Source: the human T2T-CHM13v2.0 reference genome, Homo sapiens
Strand: one strand, 5' to 3'
Assembly: GCF_009914755.1 (NCBI RefSeq)
Contig: NC_060929.1
Length of the DNA: 64,000 bases
This document shows positions 39,924 through 56,719 of this stretch, piece after piece (the first letter of the stretch is position 1; every line of letters begins with the position of its first letter). The position numbers and the translations under genes are program-made. The notes under the pieces are model-generated. The model did not search any database, was not told where the DNA came from, and worked only from the letters and a program-made list of their open reading frames with translations.

Positions 39924-42900
39924 TCTGAAATAATTTATGTAGATATTTTGCCTTCAAGGAGACAGAACATAAATCCTCACACTTTAAGTAAGCTTCACCC
40001 AGTGACTTCCTTCCAAAGAGTACCATATGAAAAGAAGCTAAACAAAAATAACTTTACAACAAGAGTCCTGACAAACACATCTCAGCCACTGAGTAGCATT
40101 AATAGCAGCAATGTTAAACCATGCTGATAGTATGTACCCTTGATATAATGTGATAAAAATTTCACCTTACCTCAATGTTCTTTCTTAAAAAAATTCATAA
40201 CCACAGTCTAATTATGATAAAAACATTAAATGTCTCAGTTAAAGAACATTCTACAAACTGACCAGTGCCCTGCAAAATTGTCAAGGTAATTGAAAACAAG
40301 AGAAGCCTAAGAAACTGTTACAGAAAGAGGAAGCCAAGAAGCCATAAGGACTGAATAGAATGTGGTAACCTTGAGTGGGATTCTGGAATAGAAAAAATAT
40401 ATTAGATAAAAAGTAAAAAATGAATACATTATGAACTCTTGTCAATAATAATGTAACAATATTTGTTCATTAATTGTGACAAATGTACCTTAATAATTAG
40501 ATGATAATAATGGGAGAAACTGGCTGTGGGACATATGAAGACTCATTACTATCTTAACTTTAAAAATAAATCTAGAACTATTTTAAAATCAACATTTTAT
40601 GAAAAATAAAATCCTATGTCTTCCAAGGATCCAGAACTCATAGGTGCAAAATGCTAGAGACAGAAATAGATCTTTACAAGGGGGGAAAACTTGTATTGCT
40701 CACTTCAGTAGAAGAGGGTACCTATGATGAAATGGTACAGGTGTTTTGGACAAAATCAGGAGTAAGTCTAAACCACAGGTGCCTTTCTCGCTTTAAAGAA
40801 GAAAATTAGAGACTCTCATCTACAGAATTTTACCAAAAAGAGACAGGGTAGAATCCATGCGATAATTTCAGTAATGTAAAAGAGATTATTACCTAACTGG
40901 CTGACACCTCATTGGCCGGGGATTTACTATCTAAGAGGTAAACACTCTAGATTATAATCAGTCATGAGTTGTGATCAATTATGAAAATGTTAGTTAAAAA
41001 GTAATTTTCACTTTACAGAAGTAGTTATCCAGTAGGCCTGCAGATAACTGTGTATGGTCTAGGACACCTGGAAACTTCGTATATGGAACATCATCTATAC
41101 TGATAGACTTAAGCATGGTGCTTATCTGAGGAGCCAAATAACATGGTAATTTAAATTAAAGACAGAAAGTAAGATGTAACCACACTAAGATTATGCTTAA
41201 AAGTTGGCTCAGGTTTTCTCTGGATGTGCTGCTGTTCATTCTTCCCTCTCCGTCTCCTAACATTATACCAGAAATTAGGAACAAGAAATATGATGATTAA
41301 GAAGAGTGATTCTAAGGTTATTGCCGTAAAGTACATGTTAACATTCATTAACATTCCCCAAAATGTAAACAACATAAGATCTGATATTTATCATCATTAT
41401 TAACAAAAAAAACTAAAAAAAACAAATAAAACTCTGAAGCAAATAATCATCCCTTTCCAAAATGTTTTAAATAAGACATTTCTATTTAACCTGAAACAAG
41501 AAAATAAATCCAATCATCTAACGCATTCATGTGAATTTACCTCTTTATGCCTGAGTGATATAAACACATAAAATCAAATTTTATAATTTGAATATATGTT
41601 TGAGGCATTTAATGGGGATGTTAATTTCAGATCTCTTTGAATGCATGTCTTTATTTAAATTAAGTTCATGCCTGAAAATATACATATATATGTATACATG
41701 CAAATGAATATGGCATGACATGGAATAAGAGAGGCTTGGAGCTTAGTTTAGCATTGGTATAAACAATGGCACTTCTAAATCTGTGCACTAAAAAACTATA
41801 TTAGATAGTTAATGATTATTATGGTCAGCCTTATTTAGTATAGAAAATATTAAACAGTTAACCGTACTTATTTTCTTGGTTATGTTCAAAATCTAATATA
41901 GTAATGACCAGACTAACTGTATATTACAAAATCCCTAATCCAGCTTCTCTGCTTATCTCCTGCTGATGTACACAGCATGATTCAATTCATCATGCAATAC
42001 TTTCAGATTTCTATTGCAATAGCCACCCTCACTACAGCAACATACTGTTACCCTTTCTTGTTACAAAAGTAAACTCATTCAGTGTTGAAGAAATTAAACC
42101 TTCTCCTCAATTTGCATTAATATTTCCTGTCTCTAAATTTCACCTTTTCTCCTTTTTATTTTGATAACTTTCTAAATGACTTTTTGTTTTTCTCCCATAA
42201 ATGAGATGACAATGGCATTTGAAGGGAATAAAAATACAGATGTGATTGCCATTGATTATTTTCCTCCTCTTTGCTTCCTTACTTGCTGACTGAGTGTGCC
42301 TAGATGAGATGAACAGTTGGTTAGCACATGCTGGGCAATTACCGTGCTGCAAATTTGCAGCTACGGTGATCCTATAAGGCACTTCTTTCTTGATCTTTCT
42401 GTCCTCAATTAGGAGATGACATGATTAGCAAAAGATATTCTTACATCTAGTATAAAAGTAACTGAATTGTACTTTCAATATTGCAAAAAAAGGTGAAAGT
42501 GAGGAGAAATATGAGGGTGAATTCAATTTAGAGTGATTTGGGACATTGAGTGCTGACACTCTTTCCTGGATATAAGATTTCATGGATAGCAGACTTTCTT
42601 TTTTTTATCCACTGGTACTAGATAACCCATTTATCTTAGATGATAGGTTTATGCATTTTATTTTTTGAGAAAAAAGCCACTGGATTTTAAAAATTCAACT
42701 CAGACTTAATAATTTTGCTGACAGACAGCAGGATATTAGAGACAGTCCTCAATAATCACAGTTCTGATTCAGATGAAGTATTTTGAATACAAAGTGACAG
42801 CAGAAAATGGCATAGATTTCAATAACTTTAAGAACCAATCTTGCATTGTCTGAGTAAACTCTGGCTGGTGATTATTGAATAAGCATGTTTACCTGTGATT

Positions 42901-43547
42901 TTACACAGGAAAGGGTATCATTTCACAGCAAAATGAGGATCCATGAATTATAAAAAGAATTATTAATGCTCAAATAGCACATCCTAGGAACAGATCACCA
43001 ACCTGGAAAGTTATTTTCTGCATTTTCAATTGAATGAAGTATTTGATTTTATTACAAAAAGGAAAAACTGAATTATTTTTAGACGAGTATAAGAAATAAA
43101 TTAACTCAAGACCCTTACTGTAATTTGAACATATTCAAATAAACATTCATGTTATCTGAACTTCTCTGAGAAGGACATAAAAGAAGTCAAACTCTACTAT
43201 AAGTTGCCATCCAAATTTACCATTTTCATGCCTATTTCTGACACCAATCAGCTGTCATATATTAAAAAGAACTATTATGAAGTGAGCTTAGTAAGCAGCC
43301 TGCTGATGTATCTGAACATATTACCCAGGATTCTTATGCTAGGACAGAAAGTCAGATTAGATCTGCTATCAAGGACAATAAGAAATCTCAGCTAGCAAGA
43401 GAGAGCCTCAAGTAGCATGGGTGTGTGTCCATTCAAGGAAATAGTTGTGTCAGGAAGGTTGGTAGCACAAGACTTGGAACTTAATAAAAAAAACTTCAGA
43501 CCCAGACTGGATGGGAAGCAAATTCAGTACAGGAATGCACATTAGGG

Positions 43548-43726
43548 CAGTGTATCACAAATTTGCTAATTGTCAGAATCAAATGAGACATTAATAAAAA
43601 GGAGAGATTTCTGGGTTCCACCTAGATATACTCAATTAGTTAATCCAAATAAAGGAACTTCTACAATCTGTGTTGTTAACAAACACCATAGATGATTCTG
43701 CAGATTGGTTAAGTAAAGGTCACTAT
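43548..43726. mobile_element. MER5-like hAT MITE
   Basis: tcagaatca...gatttctgggttccacctaga...aatctgtgttgttaacaaacaccatagatgattct. Confidence 0.6.
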
Positions 43727-44829
43727 CCTCAAAGTACTAAAATACAAATTATTCATTCATTGATTTATTCAAAAAATGTTTCTTGAAAATTAATATGTGC
43801 TTTTAAAATAATTTTCATGGTATAACTGATGGTGGTCTTTGTAAACAGAACAACTCATTCCTAAAAACTTGACTTTTAAAATTGATCCTTAATTTGTTGA
43901 ATTAATATAATAAAAAACAGATTCAACATTTAAATTCAACCCACAAATCTTAGTAATATCTCCAATAATTTAGTATAATTTAATTATCACTGTTAAGTAG
44001 AGTTTAGTAATTTGTGATTTACATATAATTTTATCAGCATTGATTATTTTAATAATTTGTGTCTTTTTAGGTCCTTTAATTGTTTGACTAACCTAATAAA
44101 CTCTGTCAAGAACTTAAATAGCTCATAGATTCTAATAAATTAAGCTTAAAAATATTTAACTGTGATTCTTTCGCAAATTTAGTGTAAAGTTATCTTTAAA
44201 ACTTCAACTCAGTGACTAAAGCAATTACTTAATTAAAAATTCTAAAATGGAATCACAATTTTCTATGAGAAATTATATGAAACAATTAAGTCCAAATGTA
44301 ATAAGTATATAAAATGTGTTGATAAACTTTAAATACAAATATGAATACCAAAGTTTTATGCATTTGATTTGTTTCATCACTCTATTTAATTCTAAACTTC
44401 CTAAATCACTAAAGAGATAATTACAAAATCAAAAAATTTGATGATAATATCTCAAAAAATGTCATTACAGTGTTCCTTAGCTGAGTTGTGTATCAACCAG
44501 AGATCTGGGCTGGAAAGAAGGAATTTGAGTGGGGATTTAACTCTTCTAGAGTCACTAAAATGAAGACTATATAATAACAAAGGTGTTGGGTCTTGGGCCA
44601 CATCTGTAAATTGAATTTAACTATTACTTGATTTTCAGATCTCATTTCTGTTTGCAAATATCTTATCCCTTCCTAAATTGTGTCAACACTTTATTTGATT
44701 TAACTAATCTATTTGCTTATTTTTTCTGAATTATTCTCAGGTTATTCCTCTTCATTGGATTGAAATCATAGCTATTTCAATGATAACCAGGTAGATTCTG
44801 TATGTTTCCTTCATAAATAATGTCATAGC

Positions 44830-44966
44830 TTCTACTATTCTAATATGTTCAGGCTCTGTCCTTGGATGTAGAAATAGAAGCATTAAAAAGACAGACAAAA
44901 TTCTTGCCATCACGCATCTTGCCTGATGCTAGGAGAGAAAGAAAATAAAAAGTTAACACACACACA

Positions 44967-45018
<52 letters not shown>

Positions 45019-45185
45019 ACATATATTTAATAATTCCCAGATAGTGACAAAAGCCATGAAGAAAACAATGTACAGTAAAGGGATAAAAGTGCCAGGTTGG
45101 CAAGTGGGGGAAAGAGATATTATAAAGATGTTAGGGAAGATGACATATGCTGGGATCTGAATGATATGAAGAGTCAGTTACAGTA
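44830..45185 (-). mobile_element. L2 fragment containing (CA)n
   Basis: tatgttcaggctctgtccttggatgtagaaata...agacagacaaaattcttgcc...cagatagtgacaaaagccatgaag. Confidence 0.65.
44956..45015. repeat. (CA)n microsatellite, about 30 units
   Basis: Directly visible. Confidence 0.97.
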
Positions 45186-45224
45186 AGATAAAGAGGCCAG
45201 ATAGATAAACTGTCAAGGAGAGGA

Positions 45225-45622
45225 TAGGAGAAAAGAAAAAGAAGGAAGGAAAGAAGAAAAAGAAAAAAAGATAGAGGAACAAAATAATAAAGGGAGAAAG
45301 AGAGGAAAAGAAGGAAGGGAGGGAGAGAGGGAGGGAGGAAAAGAAAGAGGGAGTGGTAGAGAGGAGGGAAATAAAAAAAGAAAGAGAGAGAGAAAAAAGA
45401 AAAGGAGGAAAGAAGGAAGGAGGGAAGGAAGGAAGGGAGGGAAGAAGGAAAGAAAGAAGAAAAGATAGAAAGATGAAAGAAAGAAAAAAAAGAAAGAGAA
45501 AGAAAGGAGGAAGAAAGAAGAAAGAAAGAAAGAAAAAGAGAGAAAGGAAAAGGAAGGAACGAAGAAAGAACGAAAGAAAGAAAGAAAGAAGAAAGAGAAA
45601 GAAAGGGAGAGAGAGAAAGAAG
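45225..45622. repeat. About 400-bp GA-rich polypurine low-complexity tract
   Basis: Mixed GAAG/GAAA/GGAG units with very few pyrimidines. Confidence 0.95.
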
Positions 45623-47372
45623 CTACTGCTCCAGTTGCCAGATCTTAGTTTAAAAGTGGGAGTTTATGGCCAGGGCAGGTTAAGAGTCCATTTAATTATC
45701 ATCAATGTACTGATTAATTCCAGATATGTACTTTCAGCTGTGCCCTCTACCAGATCCAGTCCATGCAGCTTCCCAGAAGTTATCAGTCTCCTGTTCCCTG
45801 GGTCTCAACCTCTTGTTCAAAGGAGAAACTCAGATACTTCACCTAACTTGCGGTCTCAGTTTCCCAAGGTATGAATTCTTGACTTTACCACAGTGATTTT
45901 AGACTCCATCTGTGGGAAAACACCATAGCTTGGTCAGACCCAGGCAAGACATTCTGAATGGTGCCAGACAGTGTCAGTATCACAACCCAGAAAAGCAGTG
46001 TTAATTCTCTACTGGATGATGTTGGAACAATGGGAGATAAAAGAAGGGATGGAGCAAGCAAAGAACTCTCCCTTCTCTTTCCAAGATGTGATAGTTTCAC
46101 ATAGTCTATCTGTAAGAGTTCTTACCTTATTTGGTAAGGGGCTGCATTTTATTTGGAAGCTGAAGCTAGCTCACTTATGAATATATTTGTTTTTATTATT
46201 TTATTTTGTTTTTCTCTCACTCTTGCTAACTTGGAGTCTCCTCCATCTTTAAGATGGAATATTAGAGTTGGATTGCATACCTCTATGAAGGTATTAAGGG
46301 CCACATTGCTGGTGGTAAGTGGTGTCATATTGAATCTTACTATGTGTGGACAGTTCAATTATTAACATTTGAACCTCTGGTTAAGTGAAAGTGTAAGGCA
46401 AAATTCTGATAAAATATCTTTATCAGAACATTAATAACTATATAGGCTATAGGATTTGGTAGTTTTTCTTAATGTTAGGCTAACTTCTGCTTTATGAGGA
46501 AGTGACTTATGAAACACCAATATTCCAACAAAGAACAACTTAAAATCTGCGTTAAACAACTACAATAATAGTAACCCAGTTGAGGGACTTGGAGAGCTGC
46601 TTAGACAGGTAAGACTAGAGGAAACATGCTGGAGAAAAGGGAAACACAATAATGTAAGTCCAATCAACTGAGTATTGTTTTTCTTTTGGTATTTGCTGAT
46701 TCTTGCCTTCAGTCAAGAGTACACAATATGCCCAATAAGCCCCCAGAGAGAATGGCTGCTGAAACACTAATAATCAATTAGCATTTTAGGAAATCAGAAA
46801 GGGATAGAGAGACAAAACTTGGAATTTGAGTCTCCCTGAATTTGACGCATCTAGAATTTGAGATACTGAGGTTCCAGAAATGAGGAAAGGACAAAGAAGG
46901 CTGAATTCAGCTTCCATTTTACTCTCCAAACATTAATGACAGAACAGTCTGAGAAGCTGCATGGAGTTTTAATCAGTTTCATGGTGTGGATGAGACAAAG
47001 CATTGGAATTCAGGAGTCAATCAGGAGTCCAGCAAGATTCCTCAGGCTCTTTGTTGGAATTTCAGAAGTGGAGATGAATGAAAGGTAAACCAAGCCTTAC
47101 GCAAACTTTAAAGCAGCCCTTGGAAAAGCAAAGTCCCTGAACAAGTTGAGGAGATTTATGATTATAGTGCCTGCTAGAGAAGAAGATAATCATCTCTACA
47201 GGAAGATGACATAATCCAGAGCACCTACAATTATCCACACATAATGCTGGCATTCAATAATCAAAACAAACACTTGACAGAAAGAATATTAAGCAAAGTG
47301 AGAGAAAAAAAAAGCAACACAGGAAAAGAAAATTTATCCCCAGGCTCTACATATTAGAGATATCAGATGCTA

Positions 47373-47813
<441 letters not shown>

Positions 47814-47879
47814 TTAAAAGCAGGAAGGAGAATATTTCTCAAAATTTAGGAGCAACTCAATCGCTTGCTGTAATGTTAA

Positions 47880-47995
47880 AAATTCGGATTTTGATACATT
47901 GGCTCTGAGGTGGTGCCTGAGAATTTGTATTTCTAACCAGCTCACAGTGATGGTAAGACTGCTTATCTAAGGACCTTCACTTAGGATAACAAAAT
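47880..47995. mobile_element. MER5A fragment
   Basis: ctgaggtggtgcctgagaatttgtatttctaaccagctcacagtgatg. Confidence 0.65.
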
Positions 47996-48561
47996 TCTCA
48001 GGATCTGTATTGCTTAAGAGCAATTAGAAGCATGAATTTATATTTAACTATAAGTGAAGGATGCATAGTTTAATATTCAAAGTAGCTATTAAAAACTCAT
48101 AATATATAACAGGCTAATAGAAAAGAAAAATTGAATAATTTTTAAAATGCTTCAGTACTTAAATAAAGAAAAGAAAGAAGAAGAAAACCATAAAACAAGT
48201 GTAATGAAAATAAGGCAAATATAAACCCAAATATATCAGCAATTGCATTAAAGGTTAAATATATGATGATCCTTTTGAAAGGCAAATAGTTTTATGAACA
48301 CTGTTTTAAAAGCAACTTGAATAGAAAGAGAAAAGATGTAGAAGGTATTCCAAGAAACCATGACCAAAAGAAAGAAAAAAAAAATAAAGAGCAGCAAAAT
48401 TAACTTTAAAATTAGAATAACTACTAAAGATAAAGTGGGATTTATGATGAAAAGAACAATCCATCAAAAAGATACATGAAAACTAAATGTATATGTACCT
48501 ATTATCACTATTTCAAAATATGTAAAAGGAAAATTGACAAAATAAAAATCAGAATTCATAA

Positions 48562-48566
<5 letters not shown>

Positions 48567-48603
<37 letters not shown>
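48567..48603. repeat. (TG)n microsatellite
   Basis: Directly visible. Confidence 0.97.
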
Positions 48604-48609
<6 letters not shown>

Positions 48610-50094
48610 ATATTTGAGGTTAAAATATAACCATCTCAGTAATCAATAGAAAAATTAAACCAAAAATTTTAGCAAATAGGAATATTGACCTAAATGATTA
48701 GTAAATTCGCCAGAATTGACAGGCAGAACACATTGTACCCAACAACAATCTTTTAAAGTGCATATTATATTTTTAACAAAAGTAATCATGTCTTATGTAA
48801 TAAATCAACTCTCAACAAAGTTAAAAAATATTTAAATCAATTAGAATATATTCTGACCATTGTGGGATTTAAGAAAGAGATCTATAAAAAATGATAACTA
48901 GAAAATTCACATACTGGAAATTAAGTAATATACTTCTAAATAACTCATGGGTACAAAAGGAAAGCATAATGGAAATTAGAAAATGTTTGTATGAAATGTT
49001 AAGGAAAATTGGCATATCAAAATTCATAAAATTCAGTTAAGACAGTGCATAGAGAAAATATCTAACTTTATAGTAGAAAATGTTAAAATGTATAGTACAT
49101 ATTAAAAAAGAAAAAAGACAAATAGACAACGTATGCCTACCTCTCAAGAAGTCAGAAAAGAAAATGTGTTAAGAGCAAAGAGAAAAGTAAAGCAAAAATA
49201 GGAAGAAAAACGAAATAGAAAACAATTAAGTAGAACACACATAATAGAAGAAGGATACAAAAAGAAAAATGAAAGGTTGGACTCAACAATATCAGGAATT
49301 ATAAACAAACAACACCACAATAAATTTGTCAGGTGTGAAAAAGACTAGAGAATTTCCGAATAATTTTATGCAGTCATTTGAAAATTTAGATGAAAAAGGT
49401 AAATTTCTAGAAAAATAAACTTCCTAAAACTAACTATATGCAAAATATTAGATATTAAAATCTGAGTAATCATTATCTGATCAGTAAATAATTCACATTT
49501 TTTAAAAACAACTTTGCCACAAAAACATCTGCCTCAAATGGCTCTATTTGTGAGTTATTTCCAACATTCAAGATTATCGATGTTGTAAATGTTTCTTTAG
49601 CTATTAAAAAATATACATTTTCAAAAGAATTTTCACTGATTTTATGAAGCCAGCATGATGTTCATTAAAAAAATGGTGGCCAATCTTTCTTATGAACATA
49701 GACAAGAAAACAAATAAAATATTAGTATAAAAGATACCCATTTAAGAACAATCATTAAGGATTAACGTTGGTTTGTCCTAGGAATTAAGAGTATATTAAA
49801 ATTAGAAATTTAATAAAAATAAAGACTGCAGGAGAAAATCACATGATTATTTAAATAGATGCAAAAAATGCATTAGTTGAAATCCAATAAGCAATGTGAT
49901 AAAACTTGTCAGCAAAGTGATAATAATTTTTTTAGGAAGCCCATTACCAAAAAATTTACAACTAACATTATGCTTAATGATATGTTAATAGAAAAAATGA
50001 GTTAGAAGAATATTGAAAAAATTCTACCATCAAACTAGGAGAATTAAAGGAATGTATTAAAATAGCAATTATTCTAGCAACATGGAAAGGCCAC

Positions 50095-51135
50095 ACATCT
50101 TAAAAAAATCTGTTTTCTTATCAAATTTTTATTTATTTATTATTTATTTTTAACTTTTATTTGAAGTTCAGGGGTACAAGTGCACAAGTGTTACATAGGT
50201 ACACTTTTGTCATGCGGGTTTGTTGTACAGATTATATCATAATCCAGGTATTATGCCTAGTACCCATTAGTTATTTTTCCTGATCCTCTCCCTCCTCCCA
50301 CTGTCCACCCTCCAAAAGGCCCCAGTGTGTATTGTTCCCCTCTACATGTCCATGTTTTCTCATTATTTAGCTCCCACTTATAAGTGAGAGCATGCAGTAT
50401 TTGGTTTTCTGTTCTTGCTTTAGCTTGCTAAAGATATGGCCTCCAGCTTCATCCATGTCCCTGCAAAGGAAATGGTCTCATTCTTTTTAGGGCTGCATAG
50501 TCTTATCAAATTTAAAGCAAGTAATACAATATTATTGAGTATAGTCACCATGTTGTACATTATATCCCTAGAACTTATTCATCTTATAACTGAATGTGAT
50601 TACCCTTTAACCAATATCTCCCATTCCCTCTTCCTCTCCATGCTAGGTAACCACCGTTCTACTGTCTGTCTCTATGAGTTTGCCTTTTTTAGAGTTCACA
50701 GGTAAGTAAGAACATACAGTATTTGTCTTTATGTGCCTGGCTTTTTTTACTTAGCACAGTGACCTCCGGGTCCATTCATGTTGTTGCAAATGGCAGGATT
50801 TCTTTCTTTTTTTATGGCTAAATAATATTCCACTGTGATGTGTGTTTGTGTGTGTGTTGGTGCAAATATAAAATTTTCTCTTTCCTTTCATTCATTAGTG
50901 GATACTTAGATTGTTTCTATATTTTGACTATTGTGCATAATGTTGCAGTAAAAATGAGGGTGCAGATATCTCTTCTCTTCAAGATACTGATTTCATTTTC
51001 TTCAGATGTATACCCAGAAGTGAAACTGTGAGATCAGATGGTAATTAATTTGATTGTGGTAATCATTATACCATGTATATGCACATAATATCATGTTATA
51101 CATTTTGAATATGAAAACTGTTTTCCAATAAATAC
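50095..51135. mobile_element. L1MA (MA9-like) with inverted structure
   Basis: Minus-strand part to about 51035 (gtcaccatgttgtacatta...atacccagaagtg) followed by a plus-strand 3' end (ttgattgtggtaatcatt...caataaa). Confidence 0.7.
50129..50500 (-). mobile_element. 5'-truncated L1PA (PA11-13-like)
   Basis: ttaacttttatttgaagttcaggggtac...ggctgcatag; perfect 13-bp TSD tcttatcaaattt (50116-50128 / 50501-50513). Confidence 0.9.
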
Positions 51136-51138
51136 AGT

Positions 51139-51141
<3 letters not shown>

Positions 51142-51178
<37 letters not shown>
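51142..51178. repeat. (TG)n microsatellite
   Basis: Directly visible. Confidence 0.97.
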
Positions 51179-51181
<3 letters not shown>

Positions 51182-51349
51182 GGAATATATATAATAGATA
51201 TATAAATATATAATGGAAGTTTATATATATAACTTTTCCATTATATATATTTATATATTTATATCTTTTCCATTATACATATATATATATATAATTTTAA
51301 ATCCACATGTCTGTCAGAAGTTGTATGCCAAAAATAAACTCCAGAAATG

Positions 51350-52165
51350 ATAACTTCTCTGAGATAAAGAGTGAGTAGTTCTATCTTGCATCTGATACCA
51401 CAAAGCAAGAGGCGGGGTGCTTTGTGGTCTTTCTGGACTTTGCACATAGCTTTTACAACACTTGGGAATGCAACTCCTACTTCAGAGCTTGAAAAGATTT
51501 TTGCTACAGAGCATACTGCTTAGTCAGTTGGAGGTGAGATATCAGTGGTGCTGGAGGTATACCTGGTTGATAAGAAAGTTGCAACTTGCAGACAAAACCC
51601 TTACCATTGTGGAGAGCAAATGTCTTCTTAGCTGAAAACCATGTTTCATTAGGAGGGTAGGGGAGGAAGCTCCTGACGTGCTACGGAGCCTTGGGCTTTC
51701 GTAGAGAGTCAGCTCCTGACAATGGAACACCAAATGACGATGACATGTCATTACATAACTGATATTTTCTATAATGACCCAGCTGTTGTCAGAAACACAT
51801 GCTCATAAGGTCAGGTGAGTATAGTTTCAATTAATTGTTGTATGAAAGTAATACATTTCAATGTGGGCTCAAGTAAAACAAATTATATCAACAGTTGTAC
51901 CAGATTCCCCTATTACTTGCTTCTGTTGCACCAGTGCTTACCCTTCATCTCACGTTTGGGCACATGGCAGGTGAAGGGTTGCATTATTTACAACTAACTC
52001 ATAGGAGAGAAAATAACCTAGTGCTAATTCATAACGGATTAAAGAAATATATTGGCATTAGTTGCAAATGGACTTTTCCCTCATTGCAACCTGACTCAGG
52101 AGAAGCCCTGATGAATAGTGGTGAATAGAAACAATTCACATGGGCTGACCTGTGAAGAGTATATA
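51350..52165 (+). mobile_element. ERVL-class internal (pol connection/RNase H) remnant
   Basis: ORF 51895-52128 (...YLQLT...YIGISCKWT..LQPDSGEALMNSGE) resembles ERVL YDQLT...WFTDGSARY.G...KWTAAALQP.SG.ALKDSGEG; upstream agctcctgacgtgctac resembles QLLACYW. Confidence 0.75.
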
Positions 52166-52167
52166 GA

Positions 52168-53345
<1,178 letters not shown>

Positions 53346-53875
53346 AAAAAATGATTTGTATTTATTTTAAAGTTTGTCATGAAGTTACGGGTCTAATATT
53401 CATTACACTGACCTTTACTGACAAGTCTGATCTCAGTATTTCAATCAAAAGCACCTTGATGAAATATTGAGATCAATATAATTAGTGGGATCAAGGAGTC
53501 AGAGGATTTATACCGGTGGCCAGTAAAATAATTGAAATTTGTAAAATGTCTATTATCCATCATAAGCACCATATATTTCTATGACTTAAGAAAAATACCT
53601 GTATTCTTAAAAAGTTAGTGATGAATAGTTACATATGCATCTCTTGGTATCTTGTGTTAATTATTTATTTGTTGTTGTTCACTTCATCCCCCACCCCTTG
53701 CACCCCAAGTATAAGTTTCTTGGGAACAGTTAGCTTGTATAACTTAGGAATTTAAAAAGTCTAACACAGCATCGGGTACATTTGGTTATTAAAAATTTGA
53801 TAAGTGAATGACTAAATTCACAGTAACTAATTAGTATTACATATTTTTTGGTGGATTCAATCTTGTGATTTCCTT

Positions 53876-56719
<2,844 letters not shown>

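Noticed and set aside
45353-45874. 173-aa K/R/E-rich ORF
   Set aside because: It is the translation of a GA-rich simple repeat that cannot contain stops; GTG start; no domain.
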